This document shows, piece after piece, positions 1 to 9,845 of a stretch of DNA of 32,000 bases; within the stretch, counting starts at the first letter, position 1; the number at the start of each line of letters is the position of its first letter. Below the pieces are notes generated by a model. That model was not told where the DNA came from. It searched no databases and saw only the letters and a program-made list of their open reading frames with translations. The DNA comes from Prochlorococcus marinus str. NATL2A. Lineage in GTDB: Bacteria; Cyanobacteriota; Cyanobacteriia; PCC-6307; Cyanobiaceae. Made by a program: the position numbers and the translations under genes. The stretch covers positions 1,410,001-1,442,000 of the forward strand of contig NC_007335.2 of the NCBI RefSeq assembly GCF_000012465.1. Reading direction: 5' to 3'.

Positions 1-582
1 AGTTCGCGCAGGTGCAATTTCTTTAACAAAATTATTTGGGGACAGCTCAATAGAAAACATTTGCTGTCCAATTGCCTTATACGGGAAATCAATCAAACCT
101 ACTAATTTCAATTTTTCTGATGGTATTGCAAAAATCACACTTTCTCCTTTGCTGACAAAAATTGGAGATTTGAGTTCCGGCCTTGGTCTGGGAGATGTAA
201 TGGAATTAATCATTCCTACATTTTGAATTTCCTCGATCCAACCAATAGCAGAACCATCAAGTAAGGGAATCTCACTGCCAGTAATTTCTATATGTGCATG
301 AGTTAAGCCTGCTCCAAGTAATGAAGCCAACAAGTGTTCAACGGTAGCTACTTTTTTTCCATTCAAATCAAGAGTTGTACATAAAGGCGTATTCCTTACT
401 TGTGAAATATCTATGGGAGTAACTTTATTGGGTTCACTTGAAAAAGAGATATGAAATCCTGTTAATTCTGTTGGCTTAATTATTACTGTGCATTTAAGAC
501 CTGTATGCAATCCAATACCATCTTTTTTAATTTCATTTTGAAGCGTCCAACCTTCTTCATAGTCATCGGGGAAAGAGAACAC
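1..582 (-). CDS. lpxC: UDP-3-O-acyl-N-acetylglucosamine deacetylase (LpxC), N-terminal 194 codons; the gene runs off the left edge
   Basis: Not in the ORF track. The minus-strand frame is open from GTG at 582..580 to position 1. My translation is VFSFPDDYEEGWTLQNEIKKDGIGLHTGLKCTVIIKP...ATVEHLLASLLGAGL...EIPLLDGSAIGW...IAPART. It carries the LpxC hallmarks GxGLHTG, TVEHLL and EIPxLDGSA. The GTG shares one base with the TAG stop of the upstream Omp85 gene (TAGTG). The start codon is inferred. Confidence 0.85.
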   Translation of the reverse strand, partial: MFSFPDDYEEGWTLQNEIKKDGIGLHTGLKCTVIIKPTELTGFHISFSSEPNKVTPIDISQVRNTPLCTTLDLNGKKVATVEHLLASLLGAGLTHAHIEITGSEIPLLDGSAIGWIEEIQNVGMINSITSPRPRPELKSPIFVSKGESVIFAIPSEKLKLVGLIDFPYKAIGQQMFSIELSPNNFVKEIAPART

Positions 583-2894
583 TAGAATTTCCAGCCAATT
601 CCGATGTTATAGCGCCAATTACCACTGAAATCTTGAGTCGCCGCCTCTATTCGAATTGGGCCAACAGGTGTATTAATGACTGCACCTGGTCCAACAGAAA
701 AACCAGAGCCTGGTTTTTCTAGAATTTTTCCAGGCTTCCCTGGAACATTTGATTGAGAGCCAAAATCAGATCCTGCGTCAACAAATAGGACCCCAGAGAC
801 TAATCGCCAAATAGGAAATCTATATTCTCCTGTTGCCTCTCCAAAATTTCTTGCGACGCCTAAGTCACAAGAGTTCCAACCCCGAACAGAGCTGGCTCCT
901 CCTAAGCAAAATGCTTCATAAGGAGGTAAATCTCCGATGATTGTTCCAATCTTTGCTTGAAAACCTATCGATTGAGAGCAATCTGATTTTTCTCCAGGCT
1001 TTGGTCGACAACCCTTATGAAACTTCAGCCAATTAACAGGATAAAAACGAGAATAACTAACCCGAGTTCTATTAAAAGTCGGTGAATTCTCACCTAAGCT
1101 AATAAATTGTTCAGAACCAATATTTAAATAATCTCCAGAGGTTGGATTTCTTGAATTATCTAAATTATTATAAGTAACTGCACTTTTAAAACTAACTAGT
1201 GTATTCTCTGTAGAGCAATTATACGCAACGCAAATAACTTCATTCTTAGGAACTTTCCCATCTATAAAATTTGTAGATGCTACGCCATAAGGTCTTTTAT
1301 CTCCGGCATAGTCTATTGGCTTAACTTTCTGGAAGTTTGCACCAATAAGCACACTCCAAGGAACCTTTTTTAGAGGCTGACCACCATTTAAAGGTCTTGC
1401 GAAAGAGAAGCCACCTCCTGTTCGCTCTAAGACAATAGAATCACCCTCATAATCAAACCAGCTAAACTGAGGTGCAGATAACTGAGCAGAATAAAGATTA
1501 GTAAATGGCCCAGTTTCTATTAAAGTATTATTATTATTTAGGTTTAAGTTTTGAGATTGATTAGTGTCGTAACTTGTTAACGAATTCGGGGCTTCATATC
1601 TATCTGTAACTCCTCTAATACTTCCACCCTCTTGACTTCTAAATTCTTGAGGAACCTCCCTACTTAAATATAATGAAGTTCTAAAAGATGTTCTATGTTT
1701 ATCATTTTTAATCCATGGATCATATAAGGAAAGATTTAGCAGTGCTCCATATTCACCATAAGTCAAATTCATATTTGATGACCATGATCTTCCCACCAGA
1801 TTGGACTCTTGTAATCCGATCTGTCCAAACACACCTTGACCTCCACTATAACCAAGCCCACCCGTCAAAGAGCCTGTTCTTTGTTCTGTTATACCTAGTG
1901 AAACTATAATCTTTCCAGGTTCCGAGATTACTGGTTTAAGAGTTACTTTTACATCACTAAAAAGTGACGTTGAGTATAATCTTTTAATATCTGATTCTAA
2001 TTTGTTTCTATTAAAAATATCTCCAACTTTAGTTATTAATTCTCTTTTAATTACCCATCTCTTAGTTTTTCCTTTTATTAAATTTCCTTTTTCATCTTCT
2101 GCATTTCCATCCTCATCTATAAAATTTATCTGGATACCAGCAATATATCCTTCTTGAATATTAAGTTCAACTCTACCTTCTTTGGTCACACGACTTGGAC
2201 CAGATATCCTTGACAAGGAGTATCCTTGACTAGCATACCAATCCTTAATTTCCTTAATCCTTATTTGTAGAGTATTGAGATTTAAGGTCTTACCATAATC
2301 ATTATTAAAAATCTCATTTAATTTTGTATTTGATAGTTTTCTTTCAAGCGGAAGTATACTTATCTTATTTAATATTGGATTAGGTTCAATCTTAATCAGA
2401 AGTTTAACTCCTAGAGGACTCTGCAAAGACTCGATTTTTGCACCAGAGAACCAGCCTGTTGAATAAATTCGATCTAAATCCTTCTTAACTTCTGCGCTTG
2501 TAACTTTACTACCAGGCCTAATTAACATTGCATCATAAGCAATAACTTCCAAGCGCTCTTTGTCAGGATGATCTTCAAGTCCCTCAATAACAATCTCTGA
2601 AATTAATACTCTTTTTTCTTCAACAACAATATTTTCATCTTTTTGATTTTCCCCCTCAGAAATCAAAAAATTATCGAAATTTAAATTAAGTTTATTAGGA
2701 TTTAATTGATCACTAAATTGTAATCTTTTACTCTGCTTATTTTGAACAAACAATTGATTTTCACTTGAGACTATCTTAGAGGCTTTAGTCTCTCCAAAAA
2801 GGCTGATAAAAGGGAATGCGAAAGCAATGGCATATGCAGCTCTGCCTATTAATTTTCTATTAGAACTTGCGTGTCTTTTGAACATAAATTTCAA
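582..2894 (-). CDS. bamA: Omp85/BamA-family outer-membrane protein assembly factor (cyanobacterial Toc75-like), 770 aa
   Basis: It has an N-terminal signal-like segment (AYAIAFAFPFISLFGETKA). POTRA-like repeats follow (ISEIVIEGL..., GYIAGIQINFIDEDG...). The long beta-barrel region ends in an aromatic residue (GIGWKF). It lies directly upstream of lpxC, which is the usual cyanobacterial arrangement. Confidence 0.85.
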   Translation of the reverse strand: MKFMFKRHASSNRKLIGRAAYAIAFAFPFISLFGETKASKIVSSENQLFVQNKQSKRLQFSDQLNPNKLNLNFDNFLISEGENQKDENIVVEEKRVLISEIVIEGLEDHPDKERLEVIAYDAMLIRPGSKVTSAEVKKDLDRIYSTGWFSGAKIESLQSPLGVKLLIKIEPNPILNKISILPLERKLSNTKLNEIFNNDYGKTLNLNTLQIRIKEIKDWYASQGYSLSRISGPSRVTKEGRVELNIQEGYIAGIQINFIDEDGNAEDEKGNLIKGKTKRWVIKRELITKVGDIFNRNKLESDIKRLYSTSLFSDVKVTLKPVISEPGKIIVSLGITEQRTGSLTGGLGYSGGQGVFGQIGLQESNLVGRSWSSNMNLTYGEYGALLNLSLYDPWIKNDKHRTSFRTSLYLSREVPQEFRSQEGGSIRGVTDRYEAPNSLTSYDTNQSQNLNLNNNNTLIETGPFTNLYSAQLSAPQFSWFDYEGDSIVLERTGGGFSFARPLNGGQPLKKVPWSVLIGANFQKVKPIDYAGDKRPYGVASTNFIDGKVPKNEVICVAYNCSTENTLVSFKSAVTYNNLDNSRNPTSGDYLNIGSEQFISLGENSPTFNRTRVSYSRFYPVNWLKFHKGCRPKPGEKSDCSQSIGFQAKIGTIIGDLPPYEAFCLGGASSVRGWNSCDLGVARNFGEATGEYRFPIWRLVSGVLFVDAGSDFGSQSNVPGKPGKILEKPGSGFSVGPGAVINTPVGPIRIEAATQDFSGNWRYNIGIGWKF

Positions 2895-2939
2895 AGCAAT
2901 TCAATTAAGTGAAGGAATCTTTGGCCAAGAACAATTTGC

Positions 2940-3683
2940 TTAAGAAGAATTAGAAGAATCTCTCTCTATTCGTTTCAAAATCTCCTCATAAGCATCTATC
3001 ACCCCTCCAAGATCTTGCCGAAAGCGGTCTTTGTCAAGGATACGTTCTTTAGGGTCAGAATTTGTTTTATCCCAAAATCTACAATTATCTGGACTTATTT
3101 CATCAGCAATCACAATTTCGCCTAATGAGTTAAAACCGAACTCTAATTTAAAGTCAACCAATAATAAATCGAGATCATCAAAATATTCTTTTAAAATTTT
3201 ATTTACATTTTTAGTAATTGTCTCTACCTTTTCTATCTGCGAAGTACTTATCAAATCTAGCAGTTTTAATCTTCTTTCTGTAAGTATAGGATCTCCTAAT
3301 TCATCATCTTTATAATAATAATCGAGGAGTGGAGGGTTTAATATTGTTCCTTGATTGATCGGTGTTTCTCTACATAGTGACCCTGTAGCAATATTGCGAA
3401 TAACAACTTCTAAAGGGATCACATTGATTTTATTCGCAATCATGAATGTTTCCGATTGAAGTTCTAAAAAGTGTGTTGGAATTCCATTCAATTCAAGCAA
3501 TTTAAAAAGTGCCGCAGAAATTTTGCAATTTAAGCGCCCTTTCCCGTCAATCTCTGATCGTTTTTTTGCATTAAAAGCTGTAGCATCATTTTTGAATTCT
3601 ATTAAAACCCTATTTGGATTTTCACACGCAAAAACTCTTTTTGCTTTGCCTTCATAAATTAGTGATCCTTGGATATGATTCAT
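2940..3683 (-). CDS. purC: Phosphoribosylaminoimidazole-succinocarboxamide (SAICAR) synthase
   Basis: The sequence [11 protein letters not shown]...[14 protein letters not shown]...[12 protein letters not shown]...LVDFKLEFG is classic PurC. I place the start at the internal ATG at 3683 ([15 protein letters not shown]). The track start at 3743 adds 20 hydrophobic residues not typical of PurC. Confidence 0.9.
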
Positions 3684-3872
3684 TAGTACCTCAGATATCT
3701 GATTAGTATAAATAGCCAATGCTACAAAAATCACCTCAATCAAGATAAATTGATTTGAAACCTAAACTCCAAACAAATAAATACCTTTTTTCAAGCAATG
3801 TATTAACTAATTAATCAAACGGTAGTTAAAAATCCCTAAAAACTATTTTTTCATTTAAGCAAGAGTAAAACT

Positions 3873-5177
3873 ATGAAAAAGAATCAAAAAGCTGAAGAAT
3901 TGAAAAGGGTATTAATAGTTGGAAGCGGAGGTAGAGAAAACTCTATTGCTTGGGCTCTATCAAAAAATCAATCTATTGAGCAAATATATGTTTGTCCTGG
4001 CAATGGTGGAACAGCCAAATTTGAAAAATGTATTTGCCTAAAACCCAACTCTGAAGATAAAAAAATAATCATTAATGAGTGTCAGCGACTTGCAATTGAT
4101 TTAGTCATTATTGGTCCTGAAGACCCTTTGGCTGAGGGCTTAGCAAATAAAATGCGTGAGGCAGGGTTAACAGTTTTTGGTCCAGGCAAAGATGGTGCTC
4201 AATTAGAGGCAAGTAAAGACTGGTCTAAGGCTCTGATGATAGAGAACAATATCCCTACAGCAAAGTACTGGTCTGCAAAATCTAAAGAAGAAGCACTAGA
4301 AATTCTTAGAAGATTTAACCAACCTCTTGTTATCAAAGCAGATGGTCTTGCGGCAGGTAAAGGCGTCACTGTTTGCGAAACCATTGAGGAATCTAAGGAA
4401 GCTATTAAGGACATATTTTCTGGAAAGTTTGGCTCTGCAGGAAATAAAGTTATTCTCGAAGAAAAAATTGAAGGGCCAGAAGTTTCTATTTTTGCCCTTT
4501 GTGATGGAGAGAAATTAATTGTTCTTCCTCCAGCCCAAGATCATAAAAGATTACTTGATGGAGACAATGGTCCAAATACTGGCGGAATGGGAGCTTATGC
4601 ACCTGCACTTTTAATAAATGAACAAGATCTTAAGGACTTAACTGAACTGGTTCTTATCCCAACTTTAAAAGGATTGAAAAAAAAGAATATCAATTACATC
4701 GGTGTCATTTATGCCGGTTTAATGCTTACATCGTCAGGGCCAAAAGTTATTGAATTCAATTGCCGCTTTGGAGATCCAGAATGTCAAGCTTTAATGCCCT
4801 TAATGGGAGAGGAATTTGCTTCTGTCCTTTTTGCTTGCGCTCGAGGAGAGATTGAGAATGCACCAAAACTTACATTTAATTCTGAATGCAGTGCTTGTAT
4901 AGTTGCAGCCTCTAAGGGATACCCTGAAAGCCCACAAAAAGGTGAAAAGATTGTCATCAATGTTGAATCAAATTCTTCACTCCAAATTTTTCACGCAGGC
5001 ACCACAATTGACAAATTTGACAATACAATTACCTCAGGTGGAAGAGTTCTTTCAGTAGTTGCTCAGGGAGAAAGTTTCGACAAAGCTTTCGATTTAGCCT
5101 ACTCTAACCTTAAAAAAATCAAGTTTAATGGTATGCATTTTCGCGAAGATATAGGTTACCAAGTTAGAAATATTTGA
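3873..5177 (+). CDS. purD: Phosphoribosylamine-glycine ligase (GAR synthetase)
   Basis: The motifs VLIVGSGGRENSIAWAL, ATP-grasp KADGLAAGKGV, GPNTGGMGAY and EFNCRFGDPE are diagnostic of PurD. Confidence 0.92.
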   Translation: MKKNQKAEELKRVLIVGSGGRENSIAWALSKNQSIEQIYVCPGNGGTAKFEKCICLKPNSEDKKIIINECQRLAIDLVIIGPEDPLAEGLANKMREAGLTVFGPGKDGAQLEASKDWSKALMIENNIPTAKYWSAKSKEEALEILRRFNQPLVIKADGLAAGKGVTVCETIEESKEAIKDIFSGKFGSAGNKVILEEKIEGPEVSIFALCDGEKLIVLPPAQDHKRLLDGDNGPNTGGMGAYAPALLINEQDLKDLTELVLIPTLKGLKKKNINYIGVIYAGLMLTSSGPKVIEFNCRFGDPECQALMPLMGEEFASVLFACARGEIENAPKLTFNSECSACIVAASKGYPESPQKGEKIVINVESNSSLQIFHAGTTIDKFDNTITSGGRVLSVVAQGESFDKAFDLAYSNLKKIKFNGMHFREDIGYQVRNI

Positions 5178-5192
5178 ATTAATTTACCTTAT

Positions 5193-7262
5193 ATGAAAAA
5201 TACAAATTCAAATCAGAATAAAAACTTTATAGCATCAAAACATGATGTAATATTAGATGATTTAACCTTATTAGAAAAAATAAATTTATGGTGGTCTAGA
5301 TTTAATTTAAGATCTAAACTACTAGCATTTGGAACGCTAGTAGTTAGTTTCATAATGACACTTATTACGTTTTTTGCTTTAAGTAGTATTCAAAAGGATG
5401 CTGGCATGAATGATACAAGATACGCCAGAGATTTAGGGTTGTTATTGTCAGGGAACGTTACGGAATTAGTAGCGAAGAATCAAACAAGAGAACTTTTCAA
5501 CGTTGCTGAGAAGTTTTGGCGTTCTAGTAGGAACTTGAGATACATTTTCTTCACTGACCCAGATGGGTTTGTAAAATTGGGTATACCAGTTAGTGCAACG
5601 GCTTCAGACTCTGATGCTGAAGGTGCTTTGCAACTAACCAGAAAACTTAAATTACCAAGTGAATTAAAAAAACAACCTCAATTTCCATTAGTCAGACAAC
5701 ATTCAACTCCACAAGGCCAGGTAACTGATGTTTTTGTTCCCATGCTTTGGAAAGGTGAATATCTAGGCACCTTGGCTCTGGGGGTAACACCGAACAAAAA
5801 AGCTCTTGCTACAGCCGCTTTAACCAGAGAAATTACTGTTGCAGTATTTATTTCTATTTGGGTTTTAGTAATAATAGGAGCTGTATTTAATGCGCTAACA
5901 ATCACTCGTCCAATAAGAGAATTAGTTATTGGAGTCAGAGAAATTGCTAAAGGTAATTTCAAATCAAGAGTAGATCTACCTATGAGTGGAGAACTTGGGG
6001 AACTCTTAACTGGGTTTAATGCAATGGCATCAAGATTAGAAGATTATGATGCTGCAAATATAGAGGAACTTAAAGCTGCCCAAGTCAAACAGCAATCCTT
6101 AATAGCCACAATGGCAGATGGAGCCCTTCTTCTTGACGAGCAAGGAAATATTGTCTTAGTCAATCCAACTGCTAGAAGACTATTCCGCTGGGAAGGGAGA
6201 AATCTTGAAGGTCAAAATTTATTGAATCAACTTCCTGACTCTCTTGTAAAAGAACTTGAAACACCAATAACCTCTCTATTGAACAATTTCGGAGACAGCG
6301 ATGATTTGCGTTGCAATCTTGAAGAACCACCAAGAACACTTCGTATAGTTTTAAAGTCTGTCAGAGACACGACTGGAGAGAATATAAAAGGTATTGCTGT
6401 TACGATTCAAGATCTCACTAGGGAAGTCCAATTAAACGCAGCACAAAAAAGATTCATCAGCAATGTTTCTCACGAACTGAGAACGCCATTATTCAACATT
6501 AAAAGCTATGTTGAAACTCTATATGACCTAGGAGAGCAGCTTACAAAAGACGAGCAAAAAGAATTTCTAGGTGTTGCGAATTCAGAAACAGATAGACTCA
6601 CTCGCTTGGTCAATGATGTTCTTGACTTATCCAAGTTGGAGTCTGGAAGAACAATCCAATTAGAAGCACTAAGTATAAAAGAAGCTATGGAACAAACGCT
6701 AAGAAACTATAAACTTAATGCCGAGGAAAAAAATGTGAAATTAATATTAAATGTTGAAAATAATTTGACATTTGTTTTAGGTAACTGGGATATGCTTCTT
6801 CAGGTTTTTGACAATCTTGTTGGTAATGCACTTAAATTCAGTCAAGAGGGAGGAACAATAAATTTAAAGGCTTATACATGGCCCGATATATGCGTTGCTT
6901 CGCCAGTGGATTTAGATAATAAAGCTCCACATTGTGAAATTTTGTCCCCGATGCCAAAAATCAGAGTTGAGGTCTCCGATACAGGATATGGAATTTCTGA
7001 AATTGATCAACAAAGAATATTTGAACGTTTTTACAGAGTTGAAGATTCAGTACATACTGAAGTGGGCACTGGACTTGGCCTTTCAATCGTTAAAGGGATC
7101 GTTGATAAGCACGGAAGTGAGATCAGAATGGCAAGTGAACCAAATACTGGAACAACTTTTTGGTTTGAACTTCCTCTTGAAGACTCTGACGCTGATGAGT
7201 TGTTACTAAAATCTGCTAGAAAAAATTGGGAACTTGAAAATGATAAGACATTAATTAAATAG
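5193..7262 (+). CDS. nblS: Membrane sensor histidine kinase of the NblS/Hik33(DspA) type (TM-HAMP-PAS-HisKA-HATPase)
   Basis: There are two TM segments and a HAMP-like region (ITRPIRELVIGVREIAKGNF...GELGELLTGFNAMA). A PAS-like segment follows (ATMADGALLLDEQGNIVLVNP). The H-box is FISNVSHELRTP, and N/G boxes are present (GNALKFS, DTGYGI, GTGLGLSIV). The architecture and length match cyanobacterial NblS/Hik33. The orthology call is an inference. Confidence 0.8.
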   Translation: MKNTNSNQNKNFIASKHDVILDDLTLLEKINLWWSRFNLRSKLLAFGTLVVSFIMTLITFFALSSIQKDAGMNDTRYARDLGLLLSGNVTELVAKNQTRELFNVAEKFWRSSRNLRYIFFTDPDGFVKLGIPVSATASDSDAEGALQLTRKLKLPSELKKQPQFPLVRQHSTPQGQVTDVFVPMLWKGEYLGTLALGVTPNKKALATAALTREITVAVFISIWVLVIIGAVFNALTITRPIRELVIGVREIAKGNFKSRVDLPMSGELGELLTGFNAMASRLEDYDAANIEELKAAQVKQQSLIATMADGALLLDEQGNIVLVNPTARRLFRWEGRNLEGQNLLNQLPDSLVKELETPITSLLNNFGDSDDLRCNLEEPPRTLRIVLKSVRDTTGENIKGIAVTIQDLTREVQLNAAQKRFISNVSHELRTPLFNIKSYVETLYDLGEQLTKDEQKEFLGVANSETDRLTRLVNDVLDLSKLESGRTIQLEALSIKEAMEQTLRNYKLNAEEKNVKLILNVENNLTFVLGNWDMLLQVFDNLVGNALKFSQEGGTINLKAYTWPDICVASPVDLDNKAPHCEILSPMPKIRVEVSDTGYGISEIDQQRIFERFYRVEDSVHTEVGTGLGLSIVKGIVDKHGSEIRMASEPNTGTTFWFELPLEDSDADELLLKSARKNWELENDKTLIK

Positions 7263-7272
7263 AGTTACCTAG

Positions 7273-8775
7273 TTACTGTTCTTTTGGATTAATGCTTTTA
7301 AAAACGCCAGGCATCTGTTCTTCAGGATTAATACGATGAGGGGCACCACTAAATATCTGTTCAAAGTTAGAGAATGAATCCTTAATCTCAGGTCCTTCAT
7401 TAGTAATGATATATTCACGGATCCTTTTGTCATGCCATGATCCGCGCATCTTGAAAACATTTATTGCTCTTGCCATTTCACCTCTTATTTCTACATATTG
7501 CAAAAGCAAAATTGTATCAGTAATTGTTGAAATATGGGAATCAGTGATTGAGTGGCTTCCCATGAATTCTTCTGCAGTATTAGTAAAAAATCCTGCTATT
7601 TCTTCTTGTTTTGCATAACCAGTTACTCCAATAACAAACTGTCTAAATGCATTTAAGCTTACACCTCTAGCCAATGCGGATAGGGAATCTATCGCCATTC
7701 TGGATGGTTTATATTCGCTAATCTCGGTTTTGATAATTTGCAGATGATCTTCCAAGCCAGTTGATTCAGGATAAGCACAAATAATCTTCAATAATCCATC
7801 AGCTTCCATTTTTTCAAAATCAATCCCCCAGCTAGTTGCATTTCGAAGAAGTTGTGCTCTTGATTCTTCATAAGCAAAAAGGATTGTTCTTTCTTTATTT
7901 AAGTATGCATCTTCAACAAACTTAGAAACTAGCATTGTTTTTCCGGTACCAGTTGCACCCGTTGCAAGAATAATTGAATCTTGAAAATATCCTCCGCCAC
8001 ACATTTCATCCAAATCCTGAACACCAGAACTTATTCGAATATTGGATGATCTTTGAGTCAACCTCATTGCACCTAAAGGGAATGCAACTATTCCTTGGTG
8101 GCCCATAGTAAAAGGGAATTCACCCTTCATATGTGTAGTTCCTCTTAATTTCAAAATTTCTACAGTTCTTCTCCTCTTCTCTGCCTCTAAAACATTTCTT
8201 AGAATAACAACATTGTCAGAAACGAATTCTTCAACTCCATATCTAGCAATTGGACCATATTCATCTATTCTTTCAGTAGTCATAACAGTAGTCACACCTA
8301 TTTCTTTAAGTCTTGCTATTAGTCGAAAAATCTCTCGCCTAACAACATAAATAGCGTCATATTGTTGGAAAACCGCTGTCATTGAATCTATAGCTACTCT
8401 CTTAGCTTTGAACTTTCTAATCGCATAACTTATCCTTTCAATTAACCCAGACAAATCGAAACTTCCAGCAACATCTTGTCCCTCTGGATCTGGAGAAGCA
8501 TCTAAAATAAAAAGTTTATTTTGATCAATTAAAGCTTGTAAATCCCAACCAAAACTTGCAGCATTTCGAATAATATCTAGAGGCGATTCTTCAAAAGTAA
8601 CAAAAATACCAGGCTCATCAAAATTACATATTCCATGATGAAGATATTGCAAAGAAAAAACAGTTTTACCAGTACCTGATGTTCCGCTGACTAGAGTGCT
8701 TCGCGCATTAGGCAATCCACCGTGACAAATATCATCAAAGCCCTCGATTCCAGTGGGGAGTTTTTGAACATGCAT
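7273..8775 (-). CDS. kaiC: Circadian clock protein KaiC (double RecA/P-loop domain)
   Basis: The N-terminus is KLPTGIEGFDDICHGGLP. There are two Walker A motifs, GTSGTGKT and GATGTGKT. Each half has a duplicated RecA-like core with EILKLRGT / NVFKMRGS. Confidence 0.95.
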   Translation of the reverse strand: MHVQKLPTGIEGFDDICHGGLPNARSTLVSGTSGTGKTVFSLQYLHHGICNFDEPGIFVTFEESPLDIIRNAASFGWDLQALIDQNKLFILDASPDPEGQDVAGSFDLSGLIERISYAIRKFKAKRVAIDSMTAVFQQYDAIYVVRREIFRLIARLKEIGVTTVMTTERIDEYGPIARYGVEEFVSDNVVILRNVLEAEKRRRTVEILKLRGTTHMKGEFPFTMGHQGIVAFPLGAMRLTQRSSNIRISSGVQDLDEMCGGGYFQDSIILATGATGTGKTMLVSKFVEDAYLNKERTILFAYEESRAQLLRNATSWGIDFEKMEADGLLKIICAYPESTGLEDHLQIIKTEISEYKPSRMAIDSLSALARGVSLNAFRQFVIGVTGYAKQEEIAGFFTNTAEEFMGSHSITDSHISTITDTILLLQYVEIRGEMARAINVFKMRGSWHDKRIREYIITNEGPEIKDSFSNFEQIFSGAPHRINPEEQMPGVFKSINPKEQ

Positions 8776-8905
8776 TTTGGGTCGATTTCTTTTATTGAAG
8801 AACGCTAAAAGCTCTTATGTACAAAACATAATAAGCAAACTGTAAAAATAGCTTAGTTATCGGTTGGGCTTAAGAATTCATTTAATTCTTGTTTATGTAG
8901 CTCCA

Positions 8906-9229
8906 TTATTTATCTGAAGAGTAAAACATTTCATTATCAGATAATTCATCATACAAAAGGTCCAGTCCAATTAAGACCTTTTCTCTATCTGATAGGTCAC
9001 CAATGATTCTTCGAACAGGTGGGGGTAAAATCTTAGACAAGGTTGGTGTGGCAAGTATTTTATCTTCTTCGGCTAATTGAGGGCTTTTTAAAACATCAAT
9101 AACCTTCAGAGCATAGACACCTTTGAATTCACTTTCTAAGATTTCTCTCAACGTGTTCAAAGCCCTCATAGAGTTTGGTGTATTCCCAGCCACATAAAGC
9201 TTGAGAATATATGTCTTTCTTGCATTCAT
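8906..9229 (-). CDS. kaiB: Circadian clock protein KaiB
   Basis: The sequence [26 protein letters not shown]...[26 protein letters not shown] is the conserved thioredoxin-like KaiB. It lies directly upstream of kaiC on the same strand. Confidence 0.95.
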   Translation of the reverse strand: MNARKTYILKLYVAGNTPNSMRALNTLREILESEFKGVYALKVIDVLKSPQLAEEDKILATPTLSKILPPPVRRIIGDLSDREKVLIGLDLLYDELSDNEMFYSSDK

Positions 9230-9400
9230 TTAAAAACTCCGAAAAATCAACAGAACATTTATCCTTCTTAGATCTTGACTAAGTAACCAACAAAAAGCGA
9301 AAATGTTAGTTTGTTTTTCGATTACGATTAGGGCTTAATCGATTAAAAGAAAGGAAACTCCTTTTGTTTTATTTCGAGCCTTAACGTGTCACCAATAATC

Positions 9401-9820
9401 ATGGCTGATAAAAAATCATCTCCTAAGAAGGAAAATCCGCAAGATAAAACATATGCGATAGTAGAGGCCTCAGGAAAACAATTTTGGCTTCAACCCAACC
9501 GTTATTACGATTTCGATAGATGCCAAGCAGAAGTTGATGATGTTTTGACTCTTGAAAATGTTCTTCTCCTTAATGATGGTAAAGATTTAAAACTTGGAAA
9601 ACCTTATGTAAAAGATGCAAAAGTAGAAATCAAGGTTTTGGAGCATAGAAGAGGTCCAAAAATAATAGTTTATAAAATGAGACCGAAGAAAAAGACTAGG
9701 AGAAAGAATGGACATCGCCAAGAACTTACAAGAGTTCTAGTTCAATCCATTTCAATAGGATCAAACACAAAAAAATCAAAAGCTGTCAAAACCACTGCTA
9801 GTAAAGTAGAATCTGAATAG
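9401..9820 (+). CDS. rplU: 50S ribosomal protein L21
   Basis: YAIVEASGKQFWLQPNRYYD...VLEHRRGPKIIVYKMRPKKKTRRKNGHRQELTRV matches L21. I prefer the ATG at 9401 (MADKKSS...). The track's GTG at 9386 is an alternative. Confidence 0.9.
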   Translation: MADKKSSPKKENPQDKTYAIVEASGKQFWLQPNRYYDFDRCQAEVDDVLTLENVLLLNDGKDLKLGKPYVKDAKVEIKVLEHRRGPKIIVYKMRPKKKTRRKNGHRQELTRVLVQSISIGSNTKKSKAVKTTASKVESE

Positions 9821-9845
9821 TTAAATTTAATAGATTAAATAAATC

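Noticed and set aside
1715-7618. Short track ORFs nested in or antisense to bamA, purC, purD, nblS and kaiC (1715..1909, 3031..3315, 4199..4414, 4327..4518, 5678..5962, 6934..7209, 7269..7460, 7406..7618)
   Set aside because: All lie within strongly supported long genes, either on the opposite strand or out of frame. None shows a recognisable motif.
8744-8754. 11-nt match (TCGATTCCAGT) to the T-arm/3' part of tRNA-Val, considered as a possible att-site remnant
   Set aside because: It lies inside the conserved N-terminal coding region of kaiC (encoding ...TGIEGF...). It is only 11 nt long and is not flanked by any island-like DNA, so it is a coincidence.
9311-9345. Hairpin TCGATTA-N11-TAATCGA upstream of rplU, considered as an L21-leader-type regulatory RNA
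   Set aside because: To my knowledge the known L21 leader is described for Firmicutes. This is a single short AT-rich stem in a divergent promoter region, which is insufficient evidence.
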